From positions 620,001 through 684,000 of the forward strand of contig NW_026782461.1 of the NCBI RefSeq assembly GCF_031769215.1: a DNA stretch of 64,000 bases. Direction: 5' to 3'. Origin of the DNA: Ylistrum balloti (Eukaryota). The notes beneath the pieces are model-generated. The model searched no databases. It was given only the letters and a program-made list of their open reading frames with translations, and was not told where the DNA came from. Below are positions 24,961 to 37,600 of the stretch, in pieces. A program made the translations under genes and the position numbers. The number at the start of each line of letters is the position of its first letter. Positions within the stretch are counted from its first letter, which is position 1.

Positions 24961-26199
24961 CTGAAATAATATTAAAAAAAATGTCAGTTTCAAAAACATC
25001 TCAATCAGATATCAAATGTTATAAATAGTTTACTGCAAATTTAAATGTTACCAACACAAAATTTGATATTTTACTATACATAATTTAACCGATGCATCAT
25101 ACAGATGTTTTTCTTTCAAGCAAATGAATGAAATAATAAAACAAAAAACTGTCAGTGCTTACATGATCGGATTGCATTCTGTTTCATTTTTCCCATATAA
25201 AATTGAGATCCCAGAGCGATCTTGGCCCCAACACTTATCTTTATTTTTTTCTAAAGATGTTTTATCCTAGTTTTTTCATCTTTCCTATGCTTTTGCTCTA
25301 TATTATAAGAAATTTGAAGATTCCTTTATGAAAGAGACAAATGATCTTTAATCGTGAATTCCAAGATGGGTAACTGTCAGCAATTTCGGTTTCCTGATCA
25401 TTCCCAAAATCTAACAGTTCGGCTGTAATGAATTATTCAAAGAAATATAACAAGAATGTGGGTTATATTAGTGAAGATGAATTCTGACAAAGACCGACCT
25501 GAGGCAATGTCTACAGTGTTAACATCGGAACTGTTTAATACAAAAGATGATAATTTTTATGATTTTTATTTGGTGTGGGTATCAATATGCAATGTGCCTA
25601 AGACTGTATAAATTCTCTCCATTTATGTCTCGTTTTACCACATATGAGAAATATAGCTGTTACATCTATAAAAGCAATATATTGAATGTCCGACCCCTGT
25701 GGTTATACCGCGATGTAGTGGGGCGACATATCTAAAATGGTGTCAAAATCTAGATCTATCGAAAAAAACGAAATAGTATCAAGCTTTATAACAGATTACA
25801 TTTTAAACGCATTTCAAGATTCTGCTCTCATTTCGATAATACAAATCCATAACAATCAGATATCTTAGTAGCAAATAAACAGATTGACCATGGCTACCAT
25901 ATATATATTACGGGTTTTAATGTCGTGATAAAGAAGACAAAAATACACCCAAAACCAAAACGATGTATACATGAAATCTAGACGAGACTAACCAATACTG
26001 ATACAAGAATAATTCAATGATGTACAAAGAACGTAATCAACTCTAACAAGACAAATCGACTCGAAACTTCATTGCTGGCGACTCAACATATATGCACGAA
26101 ACAGCTGTTTTTCCAAGCAGAGATTGTCCGGAAATTGCCCGGAATTTAACCATGAAAATAAAGCATATTTCTACTTGTTTGTCTTTTATCTTACACATA

Positions 26200-26600
26200 C
26201 GCACGAATCGTTGACTAATGATTAAGTTTATACCTCTTTTTGTCAAAGATCGGATGGATATTCAGTATAAAAACGCTTCCGAGATTACGGTATTTTCTCT
26301 CCCTTCGCAGGTTGGCGCCATCAGCCTCGTTCTGCAGTCAGAAATTATTGGTGGAATTTTCTCGGATATCAACCAATCAAAACCGATTTCTATCGTTTCC
26401 GCTGTCCAGAATCAATTTGGCTATATTTAGCTATTTGGAGATGGTATGGATATGATTTCCTGACTAAATGTAAGACCGTTGCTTTCCTAGGATTTTAAGC
26501 AGGCTTTAAGCTTAATTAGGAAAAGCACCATCACCTATGAACCCTTATGAAATGTATGCATAAGAATGGAAACCAATCCGGGCGGATGAAATGGGTAAAT
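26200..26600. promoter_or_regulatory. Putative (bidirectional) promoter between the orphan gene and the zinc-finger gene
   Basis: CpG-retaining island; YY1-like GATGGCG (- strand, 26316-26322); two oppositely oriented CCAAT boxes (26347-26351, 26373-26377); + strand donors at 26470 and 26595. Confidence 0.5.
26289..26321 (-). CDS. Candidate first coding exon (MAPTCEGRENT) of the orphan gene
   Basis: ATGGCG start, 11 codons, then GTAATC donor. A phase-0 join to the 24960 acceptor keeps the frame. Alternative 5' structures cannot be excluded. Confidence 0.35.
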
Positions 26601-28604
26601 TCACATGCTTTTTCGTGCTATCAAATGTCACTAGCTTTGGCTTCAATGAAGTACACAAGCTACCGTGATTTCTAGAGTAAACAATAACCAATATTGAGTA
26701 GATACAGCCTATATGATAACAGTAGCAATGTTATTTCGTTACCTTATAGCCTACTAGTCGTGAATATAACTCGAAATTTAAGATCTACAGTCCAGCTGAA
26801 CGTGTCTGCTTGTGCCCTAGATTTAATTGATTATAGAACGGTGTCAACTGCATCTGTCTAGATTTAAAATCATAGAAAAACTGTATTAATTTCTAGTTAG
26901 TGACACAGACTATTCAAATAAAGACTTATGTTACTGTTATTTTTTAAAACATCAAATACTCATGAAGATCAATGACGACATTTTACATCATAAATCGAAA
27001 ATTTCAATTTTTACTTGTAATGAATATTGCATGCAAAAAAATGCAATAATGACATCACACAAGATGTATATCATAACATATCACACTTTTCATTAGTATA
27101 GCCCTATAACATATATGAATTCTTACTTTTTACCTGTTTTTTTTTTATTATGAGTACTATCAGAACCAATGCTTTAAACAAAAAGTATGAATTTTACAAT
27201 ACATTATATATTATACCTACTTGTTATGGACACTACAAATGGCCAAAGCTTATGTTAATGAAATCCATAGTTATTTTGTATTAATTGATAATACATACAG
27301 ATATATAGTAATCAAATTTCACAATCAGCTAACACACTTCTTCAATGGTATACAGTAATATTCCTAGTTATCATCAGTAACATGTAACTATGTTGGAGAT
27401 CTCAAATTTCCTTGCATTATTTGGATTTGAAGGATTGTTTTGTACACAAAATTTTATGGGAGAAAAAGAAATGCAAAAATTGTAACTATTTGATTTAGTC
27501 ATTCAATAAACATTGATTTTGCTTCGCATACATGATGTGCAAAAATAAGATTATATACACCGCAAAGGTAGCAAATCAGTTCATCTGCTTTCTTGCTCAT
27601 AGAATTGTACTTAGTGTATATCAAAAACTTGATATTTGTGGTATGTATTTTAACAAAACTTAATCGACAAAGCAAAGGAACAAAACCTTTCAAATGATAT
27701 CATAAAACAAAATAATAGTGCCCCAAAATAAACAAACTTCAAAGAAGATAAGAAGAAGAAGAAAAATAAGAATGATTCAAACCCATATTACAATATTCTG
27801 GATTTTTAGTGTTATTACATGAACATTATTTTAAAATTTTGTGTGAAATCTATTTATAACTACTATCTTGATATTGATTTGTCTCTAATTATGATAAGCA
27901 ATACCATAATTAATTGTGAACAACATGGTATTCTTGTTGATATATTTGTACAACAATAATTAAACGGAGGAATATGCATTACACTGAAAATGTTCAACTT
28001 CCATGATCTCCAGTTGAATCGTTCTAGAAATAGATAGAAAGAGTAGAGTCTGTCAGTCTTTTCCTTTAGACTTGACAGGGAATATTTTCTGTTTGTGCAT
28101 GGGCATTGATTTTGTTCCTTCTGAAAGATAATAGTGTATTAGAACTGGTTGGAAGTGTACATGTAAAACATTTTGGGCAAGTGTAACTGAAAAATGTGAG
28201 GTTATTAAAGGTACCTGAACTGGGGAATGGTATGAAGATATGAATTATATTCAAGGTCTTTTTATGATCCAACTTATGAACATTTCTGGAGAACAGGTCT
28301 GCTTCTTATATGTCATTCTTAAATTTTGAGATATAATTTTGTACATCATATTTAGTGTAAATATGGTTTTTGAAACTATGATCCCTTTAGACATGAAAAT
28401 GTGACCAAAAGGCTTCAAACACATAAATCAGGTTCTGTAGGTTTTCTTATCTGAAAATTTTATCATAACAAATTGATATAATATTTATATTTTTCGGTTT
28501 CCTTAAATTTTTGTATATTTTCAGATGGCCAGATGAAGACCTCTCCAGTCTTGACCAGTCACAGTATGGGATAACACACCTCAAAAAAACATGAATTTAC
28601 CAGA

Positions 28605-31600
28605 ATGAGGACCTATAAGGAGCCTAAGCGGATTGATAAGCCCCGTGTGCGGGAGCCAGGAATTGTCAATCCTGACTATGTGAACCGCATAGCAGCAAGT
28701 TATCACCAAAAAAATAATGTTATTCCAGATGGAAGCAGCAACAATGAAATGGATCCCTCAGGAACTAATCATCACTGTGACGATATCAGCAGTCCTAAAG
28801 GCAGTGACGATGGTGCCACCTGTGCAATGCAGGAAGAGGAGATAACTCATGGACCTGATGTGGAGGAGGCAGAGAATGTACATTGCAAAGAACTGAACAA
28901 ATGCAAAGATTTGGGTAATTGTCTTGGACAGGAGGTCAGTCCTTTGGGTGATGAAGAGGCATGTGACAAGGAAAGAGAGATGTTGACAGAGGAAAAAACA
29001 GTACTCTCTCCAATACCACCTCCTGACTGTAAGACTGAAGATGTAGAACAATCAGTGAATAATGTAATTGTTAGTGAAAAAGCTGATATACCAGCTACAA
29101 GCACTCAGATAAATAGCAATAACACCACAAAAAAGAAAAAGACAGCTAAACCAAAAACTCCAAAACCAGAAAATTCTGACACAAAGAAGCCTGTGAAATC
29201 AAAACCTGGAACAACCAAAAAGAAAACATCACCAAAACTTTCAAAGTCTAAAGATACAATCCACAGTGAGTTAAACGGCACTGATGAACTCAAAGAGGAA
29301 ATTGATAGCATGGAGCCTGCTGTACTTGATCCATCCCCACCAAAGAAAAAGAAATCCATTAATAAATCATTGCCTTCCAAAAAATCTCAGAAAAAATCAT
29401 CAAAATCAAAAGTAGCTATTGAAAACAATGTTGAAGAGTTGCATAATGATGTGGACAATGATGATTTGGATACTTCTAGTAAATCAGATGCTTCTTCACC
29501 AAGAGTTTCTAAACGTACACCAAAGAAAAACAGGAAATATCATAGTGAGGAGGAAAATGATTGGCCAGTAAAGGAGGATTCAGAATCTGGTAAAAAGAAG
29601 GATGTTGTCGGCAAACCATCAGTCATGAAAAAGTCCCCTATCAGGAAAAGAAAGCTTCTGTTTGAGGATGATGACATTGAGGAAGAAGAGAATGTAGAAG
29701 CAGTAGAGCCAGTACCTGAGGAAGTAATAGTGAAAAAACCAGTTAAGAAAAAACGTAAAAAGGCAGAAGGCAAAACAACAGAAGCAAAAGCAGAAATGAC
29801 AGCTGATTCATTAACAGAGTCTACCAAGGAAAGCATTGTTGTTGAAGGTGGTGCGGAGGATGCAAAATCAGAAACTGTCCAGAAAAAAGGGAAAAAACCA
29901 AGGAAGAAACCTGCTGCTAAAAAACCAAAGACAGCTGTTAATGAGAATATTCCTCCAACAGATATCGCTAATGGAGGAAACAATGTGAGTAACTGTTTAG
30001 ATAGAATAAGCCAAGAGGACAGAGTTCTTGCCACTGATAATGACAGTATTGAACAAAAGAACACAGAGGACGGTGAATCAATGGACAGTAAATCAAATCC
30101 TCCTGTCTGTAAAAAAGAGACATCTGATGTAAAAAAGAAAAAGAAAGCCATCAAAAAACCGAAAATTACACTGAAAGAAGAATTAGAAAAGAACACTGAC
30201 GTTACAACAGAGGAGTGTAGTAGTTCCGTAGTGAAAAACGAGACAAGTGGGGAAATACAGGATAAACCAACGGATGTGAAACCAGTAGAAGTGAAAAAGA
30301 AAGCTACTAAAAAGAAAAAGAGCATTATTCAAAATCAGGAAAGTGGGCATGATGATAAGAAAGACCTTGATGGGAAGAAAGAAATTTCCGAAAAAGTAGA
30401 AAAAGAGGAAGATTCTCTCAAAGAAGTGAAAGAGGAAAATAAAGAGACGGATGCAGCTGAGAGTTCATCTCAGTTGCCAGCTATTCCAGTTGTAAAGAGG
30501 CCCCCAGTGGTGATCACATGTCAGCACTGTGGTCATGTATCTCACAGCAAGGGGGCCAACACTCGCCATCTGCGGAAGTGTGTGGTCAGCATTCTTAAGG
30601 GGGAGGGGCCAATGTCTCCCACAAGGGCCAGCTCCAGTGGGGTTGAGTCGGAAAATAAGACCAATGGACCGGCTGAAAATGAGGAGAACATCAAGGATGT
30701 GAAAGCTACTATGTTATTGCAAAACCAGGAGATAAAAAAGATAGAAACAGGCACAGCTGGGGAGGCTCAGTATAGGTGTCAGCATTGTACATATGCAACA
30801 CCAAAGCGGGCCATGCTAGCTCGCCATATGAGGACTCATGGTATTTATGTGTGTTTGCGATGCACATTTATTTCAGACACTCATGACAGCCTCAAGGACC
30901 ATTGTCACAGGGAGCACAAGGACAGAACAGACTTTAAGTTGTGTCGAAAGTGTAGTCGTTACGTCAAATGTACAGAAGTAACCTTGGAGAAACACATGGA
31001 GGAATGTGCAGGGCCGGTCCCTTTCATATGTACTCACTGCAGCAAAGAATTCAAATATGAATCATCTCTCAAATCCCATATCATACGCCATAATCCAGAT
31101 GCACCAAAACGCTTCCATTGTGAAAAGTGCAGCTACGAATCGAACTACAAAGCCAATCTTAAAAAGCATATGGCTAATATCCATGGGGAAAAGGTTAAGC
31201 ATGTGCGTTGTGTGCATCCAGATTGTGAGAAAATGTTTTACACTGAAGACAGTATGCGAAGACATTTAAAATGGCATTCAGAAGAGCGACCTTTTAAGTG
31301 CCCAAATTGTGACAAACGGTTCAAAACAAACACTGCCCTAAGAGGACACAAGGTGATACATGACCCCTCTCGCCCATTTAAGTGCAATATCAATGATTGT
31401 ACAAAGGATTTCCGATCCAAGAAACATTTAAAAAATCATCAAGAAGAATTCCATCAAATTGCTGACAAGAAATTTATGTGTAGTCAGGAAGCATGTACAT
31501 TTGCATTCTTCAAAAGGAGCCACTTAGAACGTCATCTCATCACACACACAGGTTTGTGTCTATTCCAATGTTGCATATATAGCTTTCATCTTATTTGTAT

Positions 31601-34600
31601 TGCCCAGAGATCAGAAGATCATTGTGGAATCTTTTGTTTCAAAATATTCATCACAATTGATTTATCTTCGTCAAGGAAAGAAATTCGCTGAAGTTGAACA
31701 AGGCCTCTTTCCACATGCTCTTTTACAAATTAGCTAAATTTAAAATAATTTCATACAATTACTAATTAAATTTTTTTTTTGTACATACATGATTTTTTTT
31801 TATAAATGTATAGACTGCTACCTATATATCTGAAATGTTACCTACAATGATAACCTTCACACCTACTGATTACATCAGTGATCTCCTTCTCACCTGTTAT
31901 ATCTAACATCAATACCATTCTCACCTGTGATATCTAACATCAGTGATAACATTCTCACCTCTTGTATCTAACATCAATACCATTCTCACCTGTTATATCA
32001 CCTGTTATATTTAACATCAATGATAACATTTTCACGTGTTATATCTAACATCAATAACATTCTCACCTGTGATATCTAACATCAGTGATAAAATTCTCAC
32101 CTCTTGTATCTAACATCAATACCATTCTCACCTGTTATATCTAACATCAGTGATAACATTCTCACCTGTTATATCTAACATCAATACCATTCTCACCTGT
32201 GATATCTAACATCAGTGATAACATTCTCACCTGTTATATCTAACATCAGTGATAACATTCTCACCTGTTATATCTAACATCAGTGATAACATTCTCACCT
32301 GTTATATCTAACATCAATACCATTCTCACCTGTTATATTTAACATCAGTGATAACATTCTCACCTGTGATATCTAACATCTGTGATAACATTCTCACCTG
32401 TGATATCTAACATCAGTGATAACATTCTCACCTGTGATATCTAACATCTGTGATAACATTCTCACCTGTGATATCTAACATCAGTGATAACATTCTCACC
32501 TGTGATATCTAACATCTGTGATAACATTCTCACATGTTATATCTAACATCAGTGATAACATTCTCACCTGTTATATCTAACATCAGTGATAACATTCTCA
32601 CCTGTTATATCTAACATCAGTGATAACATTCTCACCTGTTATATCTAACATCAGTGATAACATTCTCACCTGTGATATCTAACATCAGTGATAACATTCT
32701 CACCTGTGATATCTAACATCAGTGATAACATTCTCACATGTTATATCTAACATCAGTGATAACATTCTCACCTGTTATATCTAACATCAATACCATTCTC
32801 ACCTGTTATATTTAACATCAATGATAACATTTTCACGTGTTATATCTAACATCAATAACATTCTCACCTGTGATATCTAACATCAGTGATAACATTTCTC
32901 ACCTGTGATATCTAACATAACAGTGATACCATTCTCACCTGTTATATCTAACATCAGTGATAACATTCTCACCTGTTATATCTAACATCAGTGATAACAT
33001 TCTCAGGGTTTTCCATAATTTTGTTAGTAGTAGGCTGTGTAGTGAAAGTAGGAGGCTGGCCTGCCATGTACGTGTAGTCATGTACGGAACATTATTACGG
33101 AACTGGATTGGTGTAGGCGGGCAAATGATCAAAGTAGCCGGTCAAATTGGCCGGTGACCGGCTCTTCTGGAAAACCCTGCATTCTCACATGTTATATCTA
33201 ACATCAGTGATAACATTCTCACCTGTTATATCTAACATCAGTGATAACATTCTCACCTGTTATATCTAACATCAGTGATAACATTCTCACCTGTCATATC
33301 TAACATCAGTGATAACATTCTCACCTGTGATATCTAACATCAGTGATAACATTCTCACCTGTGATATCTAACATCAGTGATAACATTCTCACCTGTTATA
33401 TCTAACATCAATACCATTCTCACCTGTGATATCTAACATCTAACATCTGTGATATCTAACATCTGTGATAACATTCTCACCTGTGATATCTAACATCTGT
33501 GATAACATTCTCACCTGTTATATCTAACATCAGTGATAACATTCTCACCTGTTATATCTAACATCAGTGATAACATTCTCACCTGTTATATCTAACATCA
33601 GTGATAACATTCTCACCTGTCATATCTAACATCAGTGATAACATTCTCACCTGTTATATCTAACATCAGTGATAACATTCTCACCTGTTATATCTAACAT
33701 CAGTGATAACATTCTCACCATAATTTTGTTAGTATAGGCTGTGTAGTGAAAGTAACATCATGTACATCAACTGGATTGGTAACAAATGTCAAAGTATAAC
33801 ATTCTCACCTGTTATATCTAACATCAGTGATAACATTCTCACCTGTTATATCTAACATCAGTGATAACATTCTCACCTGTGATATCTAACATCAGTGATA
33901 ACATTCTCACCTGTGATATCTAACATCAGTGATAACTTTCTCACCTGTGATATCTAACATCAATGATAACATTCTCAGCTTTTATTATATTGTCAGTCAG
34001 AAGACGCCTTTATTTTTTTGAACATACCGGTAATGATTTGTTTAGTATGTATTCCCATGTCATATTATTGGTTAGCTTAGGGAGGGCAATTGGCCAGTGT
34101 ACCAGTTGCCAGAACCCATTTTGTTTCTGTCACTATCGAGTTCCATCTTTAAATCATGGTCACTCCGACTTACATTTTGATCATGAAATGCATCAAGGAA
34201 AAGGTTTTATCAGGCATTGAAGTATTGATATAAGAAGAATATTACAGAATCATTTACATTTCTACCACCTGATTTAGTTAAATCATGAAATGCTATGGAA
34301 TACATGTCATCACATGTGATTTAATTGTAATATGGCACCATTTGTTGATGTATACATCCAGCAGATTTATTAGCAATAGTAGCACCAATAATATTGAATG
34401 GGATGGGTCTGTCAAACATTAAATGTCTATAATTAGTTCCTTGGTGTATAATGTCTCACTCAGTAGGGGACTGTCAAATTGTAAAATTGGAGAATTTAAT
34501 TGTGGAACAGTAAAACTTATTCACAGGGTGCAGGTAATTCATCATTGTCTGTGATGACTCTAGATCTGGGAAAGGCATAACAAACATCTTGTTTACTACA

Positions 34601-37600
34601 TTATCCACAAAGAAAAAAGATGTAATCTTCAGGGTCTTGTATTCATTTTCATGTTATTGGATGGGGAAGGAGGAGGGAGGGGGGGGGGGTGTCAGCTGGC
34701 ATATAGTGAAGTTATCCATACAAATATATATTTGTGTCCTGTCTTATCCAATGGCGTTCTGTCCTGAATAAATGCCATATCTTAAGAATTTTTCAACAGA
34801 TACAAAAAAGGTTTACATACTCATATCCATGGGAGTGAGGATGTTGATGTACATGTTACATAAATATTGTTTAACTAATGTTAATTTATCTATTTCCAAT
34901 GCAAATAACCTTTTTTTGCTTTATTTCAGGTGAAAGGAAGTTTGGTTGTCGTATCTGTGGTAGAGCTTTCCGACATGCGGACAATTTGAAAATTCACATG
35001 CGACAGCACACAAATGAAAAACCAGTTAAATGTGACTTATGTGATTTTGCATGTCGACAGAAAAGCTCACTACAGTATCACTTGCGTAAGTTCCACAATA
35101 TCATCCCTCCCTCCAAAGAAGCCTCCAATCACGTGGTAGCCATTGATGGAGTTCGAAAACCAGCTTCTGCCACAGTTGGCAGTGCAACTGGTACAGATAG
35201 CAATGGCTCCCAACAACCAGAGAAGAAGCCTCTGTCTCCTGTCAACAGATCTCAGAACCCAATGGACCTGTACGAGTTTAAGTCTGATGACGAAATGGAC
35301 AGTGATGCACTGCTGCCGCTGTTCCAAGACAAGTCTCTCAAGTCGTTCAGGGTCAACAATGTTGACAAGAGTGAGAACGAGAAACCTGTTGTGACAGAGA
35401 ACAAAGATATGGACAAAGATACTTCACCTGACCTGCCTAAAAGCCAAGAGTCTGGTATTGATGTGCCAGTAGTCCAAGAGAGTTTTGACCAGCCAACAGA
35501 TCAAGAAAACATTGACTTGACAGCAGGTAAAGAAAGCACAAAGGATGAACAACAAAAACCAGAAACAGAAAAGAAAAAGGTTGTTAAACGGAAAAAGAAA
35601 CCAAAAGTTGTAAAAGTGGAGGAAAAAGAAGAGGAAGAGGAGGTGAAATCAAAGGAAGAACACAAAATGAAAGTTGAAACTGAGGAGGTTGGCTCTTCAA
35701 GTAGTATAGTTCCTGGACCATCCGATGTTGTGGCTGAAGATGTGTCTGAGGATGTAACTGAGGTAATGAAAGCCAAACCAAAAGGAAAGACAAAGGGCAA
35801 GAAAAAATATACTCCAAAAGGCACATCGCCAAAGGCAGCTTCTCCTAAAGGCACCTCACCCAAGGCAGTCACTCCTAAAGGCACAAAATCAACCTCCCCA
35901 AAATTAACCACTCCAAAATCTTCAACACCAAAAGCTTCAACACCAAAATCTAATACACCTAAATCACCAAAAGCAGCAGTTTCAAAGGCGGCTGTATCCA
36001 AAGCTGCGAAAGGAAAGAAAGCACCAGCCTCCAAAAAGGGTCGGAAAGCTAAAGTAGAGCAAGAGGAGGAACTACCAGCCAAATCAGAAACAAAACCAGC
36101 ACCAAAACGATCTCCTCGAACCAAAGCTGCCGCGTCCAAAAAGAGCCCTGGTAGTAGGAAGAAACCAAAGGCCAAGAAAAAGAAAAAGGAACCAGTAGTT
36201 GCAGAGGATCTGGATGAAACTGATGAGTATCGTGAGGATGATGATGAAGGAGAGGAAAAGGAGAAAGACAGTTTTGATCTACCATGTAGAGACCAAGATA
36301 AAGTGATTGAAGAAAGTAAGGAGGTAACTGACTTGGGCGATCCAGCTTTTGTTGATGTGATTAAATATGTTGAAGAACATGGCATGGGTAATGTTTCAGA
36401 GTCAGAGAAGCCAGAACAGCCAGCACAGGAAGTTGATGAGGATTTAGTTCCAGAGAAATCTGAAGAGAAAGTAGAAGAAGAGGATATTGGAGAAGATAGT
36501 GTAGATATGACACCAGCAGAGAAACAATCAAAGGAAGAAGAAGAGGTAACAGAGACAGTATTAGATTCTGCTGTTCCTGTAGCTGAGCCTCTCTCTGACG
36601 TACAAAGTAAGGTGGATGAGGACAGTGACAGGATAAGCAGTGGTATAGACACAGACTTTGAGGAGGAGCTCAAGCCTCCTCCGGCTCCTCGCCCCCCTCC
36701 AGTTGTAGACAGTGATGAGGGGGACATAGAGTCGGGACCAGAGGATATAGACACACCAGGGAGGGACTTTGAATCCACTCCACCAAAGTCTGTGGCCAAT
36801 AGTGAGAACATCCACAGTGTGCAGAGTCATTCCGGAGGAGAGCCACGTCTGGAAAGTGACTTTGGGGACAATATATCCCAGCCTTACAGGCGCTCAGAGT
36901 CACAAGCTGACAGTGGGACAGAGGTTAAGAGGGATCATGATGCTCTCGATGCTTTGGCTGTTACTATATCCAAGACTGAGCCTGATGATCTCTCCAAACA
37001 AACAGCTCTGGCAGAAGGAGTAGCCACCTCTGTTGTTACTGGTCCTGCAAATGGAGACTTTGGGGGCTCACAATCCGAGTCAACCATGCCAGAAGTGGAC
37101 AAAGAATACCTTGGTCAGTATCTGCAGCAGTTTGATTCCACTGCACGTTCTGAGGACGAGGTATCTCGTCTAGACAGATTAGACACAACAGGTGACAGAG
37201 CCATAGACATTCCGTCTACTCCCCAGGACAAAGACTTACCTCCCCTTAACCTCAGTGCTACAGCACCTCCTCTTAACCTGACAACAACTCCAGAGATTCC
37301 TCCCGAGGAGATCCAGTCTCAGCCTGTTCAAGGCACTGACATGTCTAACAAACGCATGGAGATCTTGGAGTGTGATAGGCAGCATGAGAACCACTATCAA
37401 CCCAGCCGCAGTGTCAGCCCTCTGCGGCCATCAGAAAGAATCCCAGACAATGTGTATGACAGTCTAAGTGCTATCACTTCGTACATGCCAACCCCAACTC
37501 CCACTCCTTCTACCAGGGAAACGCCAGTCATTAGACAGACTGAGAACATATTCCCTCCTGTTTCTGCCAGCACTTCTACCACTACGACCTCCTCCTCCTC

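Larger units (their letters stand above)
31874..33978. repeat. 34-bp intronic minisatellite (~2.1 kb, with a 31-bp variant unit)
   Basis: Unit GTGATAACATTCTCACCTG(T/)(T/G)ATATCTAACATCA in direct tandem; variant ...CATCAATACCATTCTC...; interrupted at 33004-33179 and 33718-33796. Confidence 0.97.

Noticed and set aside
24961-24999. N-terminal MFLKLTFFLILFQ of the 409-aa ORF (looks like a signal peptide)
   Set aside because: It is the translated polypyrimidine tract and CAG acceptor of an intron.
31552-31691. C-terminal extension of the 1028-aa ORF, and N-terminal 34878-34929 of the 1261-aa ORF, as two separate genes
   Set aside because: Both are intron read-through; a GT-AG phase-1 splice joins them and restores the HTGERKF finger linker.
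35501-36811. 436-aa antisense ORF (also 29540-30325, 261 aa)
   Set aside because: These are shadow frames of K/E-rich sense codons giving F/S/L-rich low-complexity translations, with no independent evidence.
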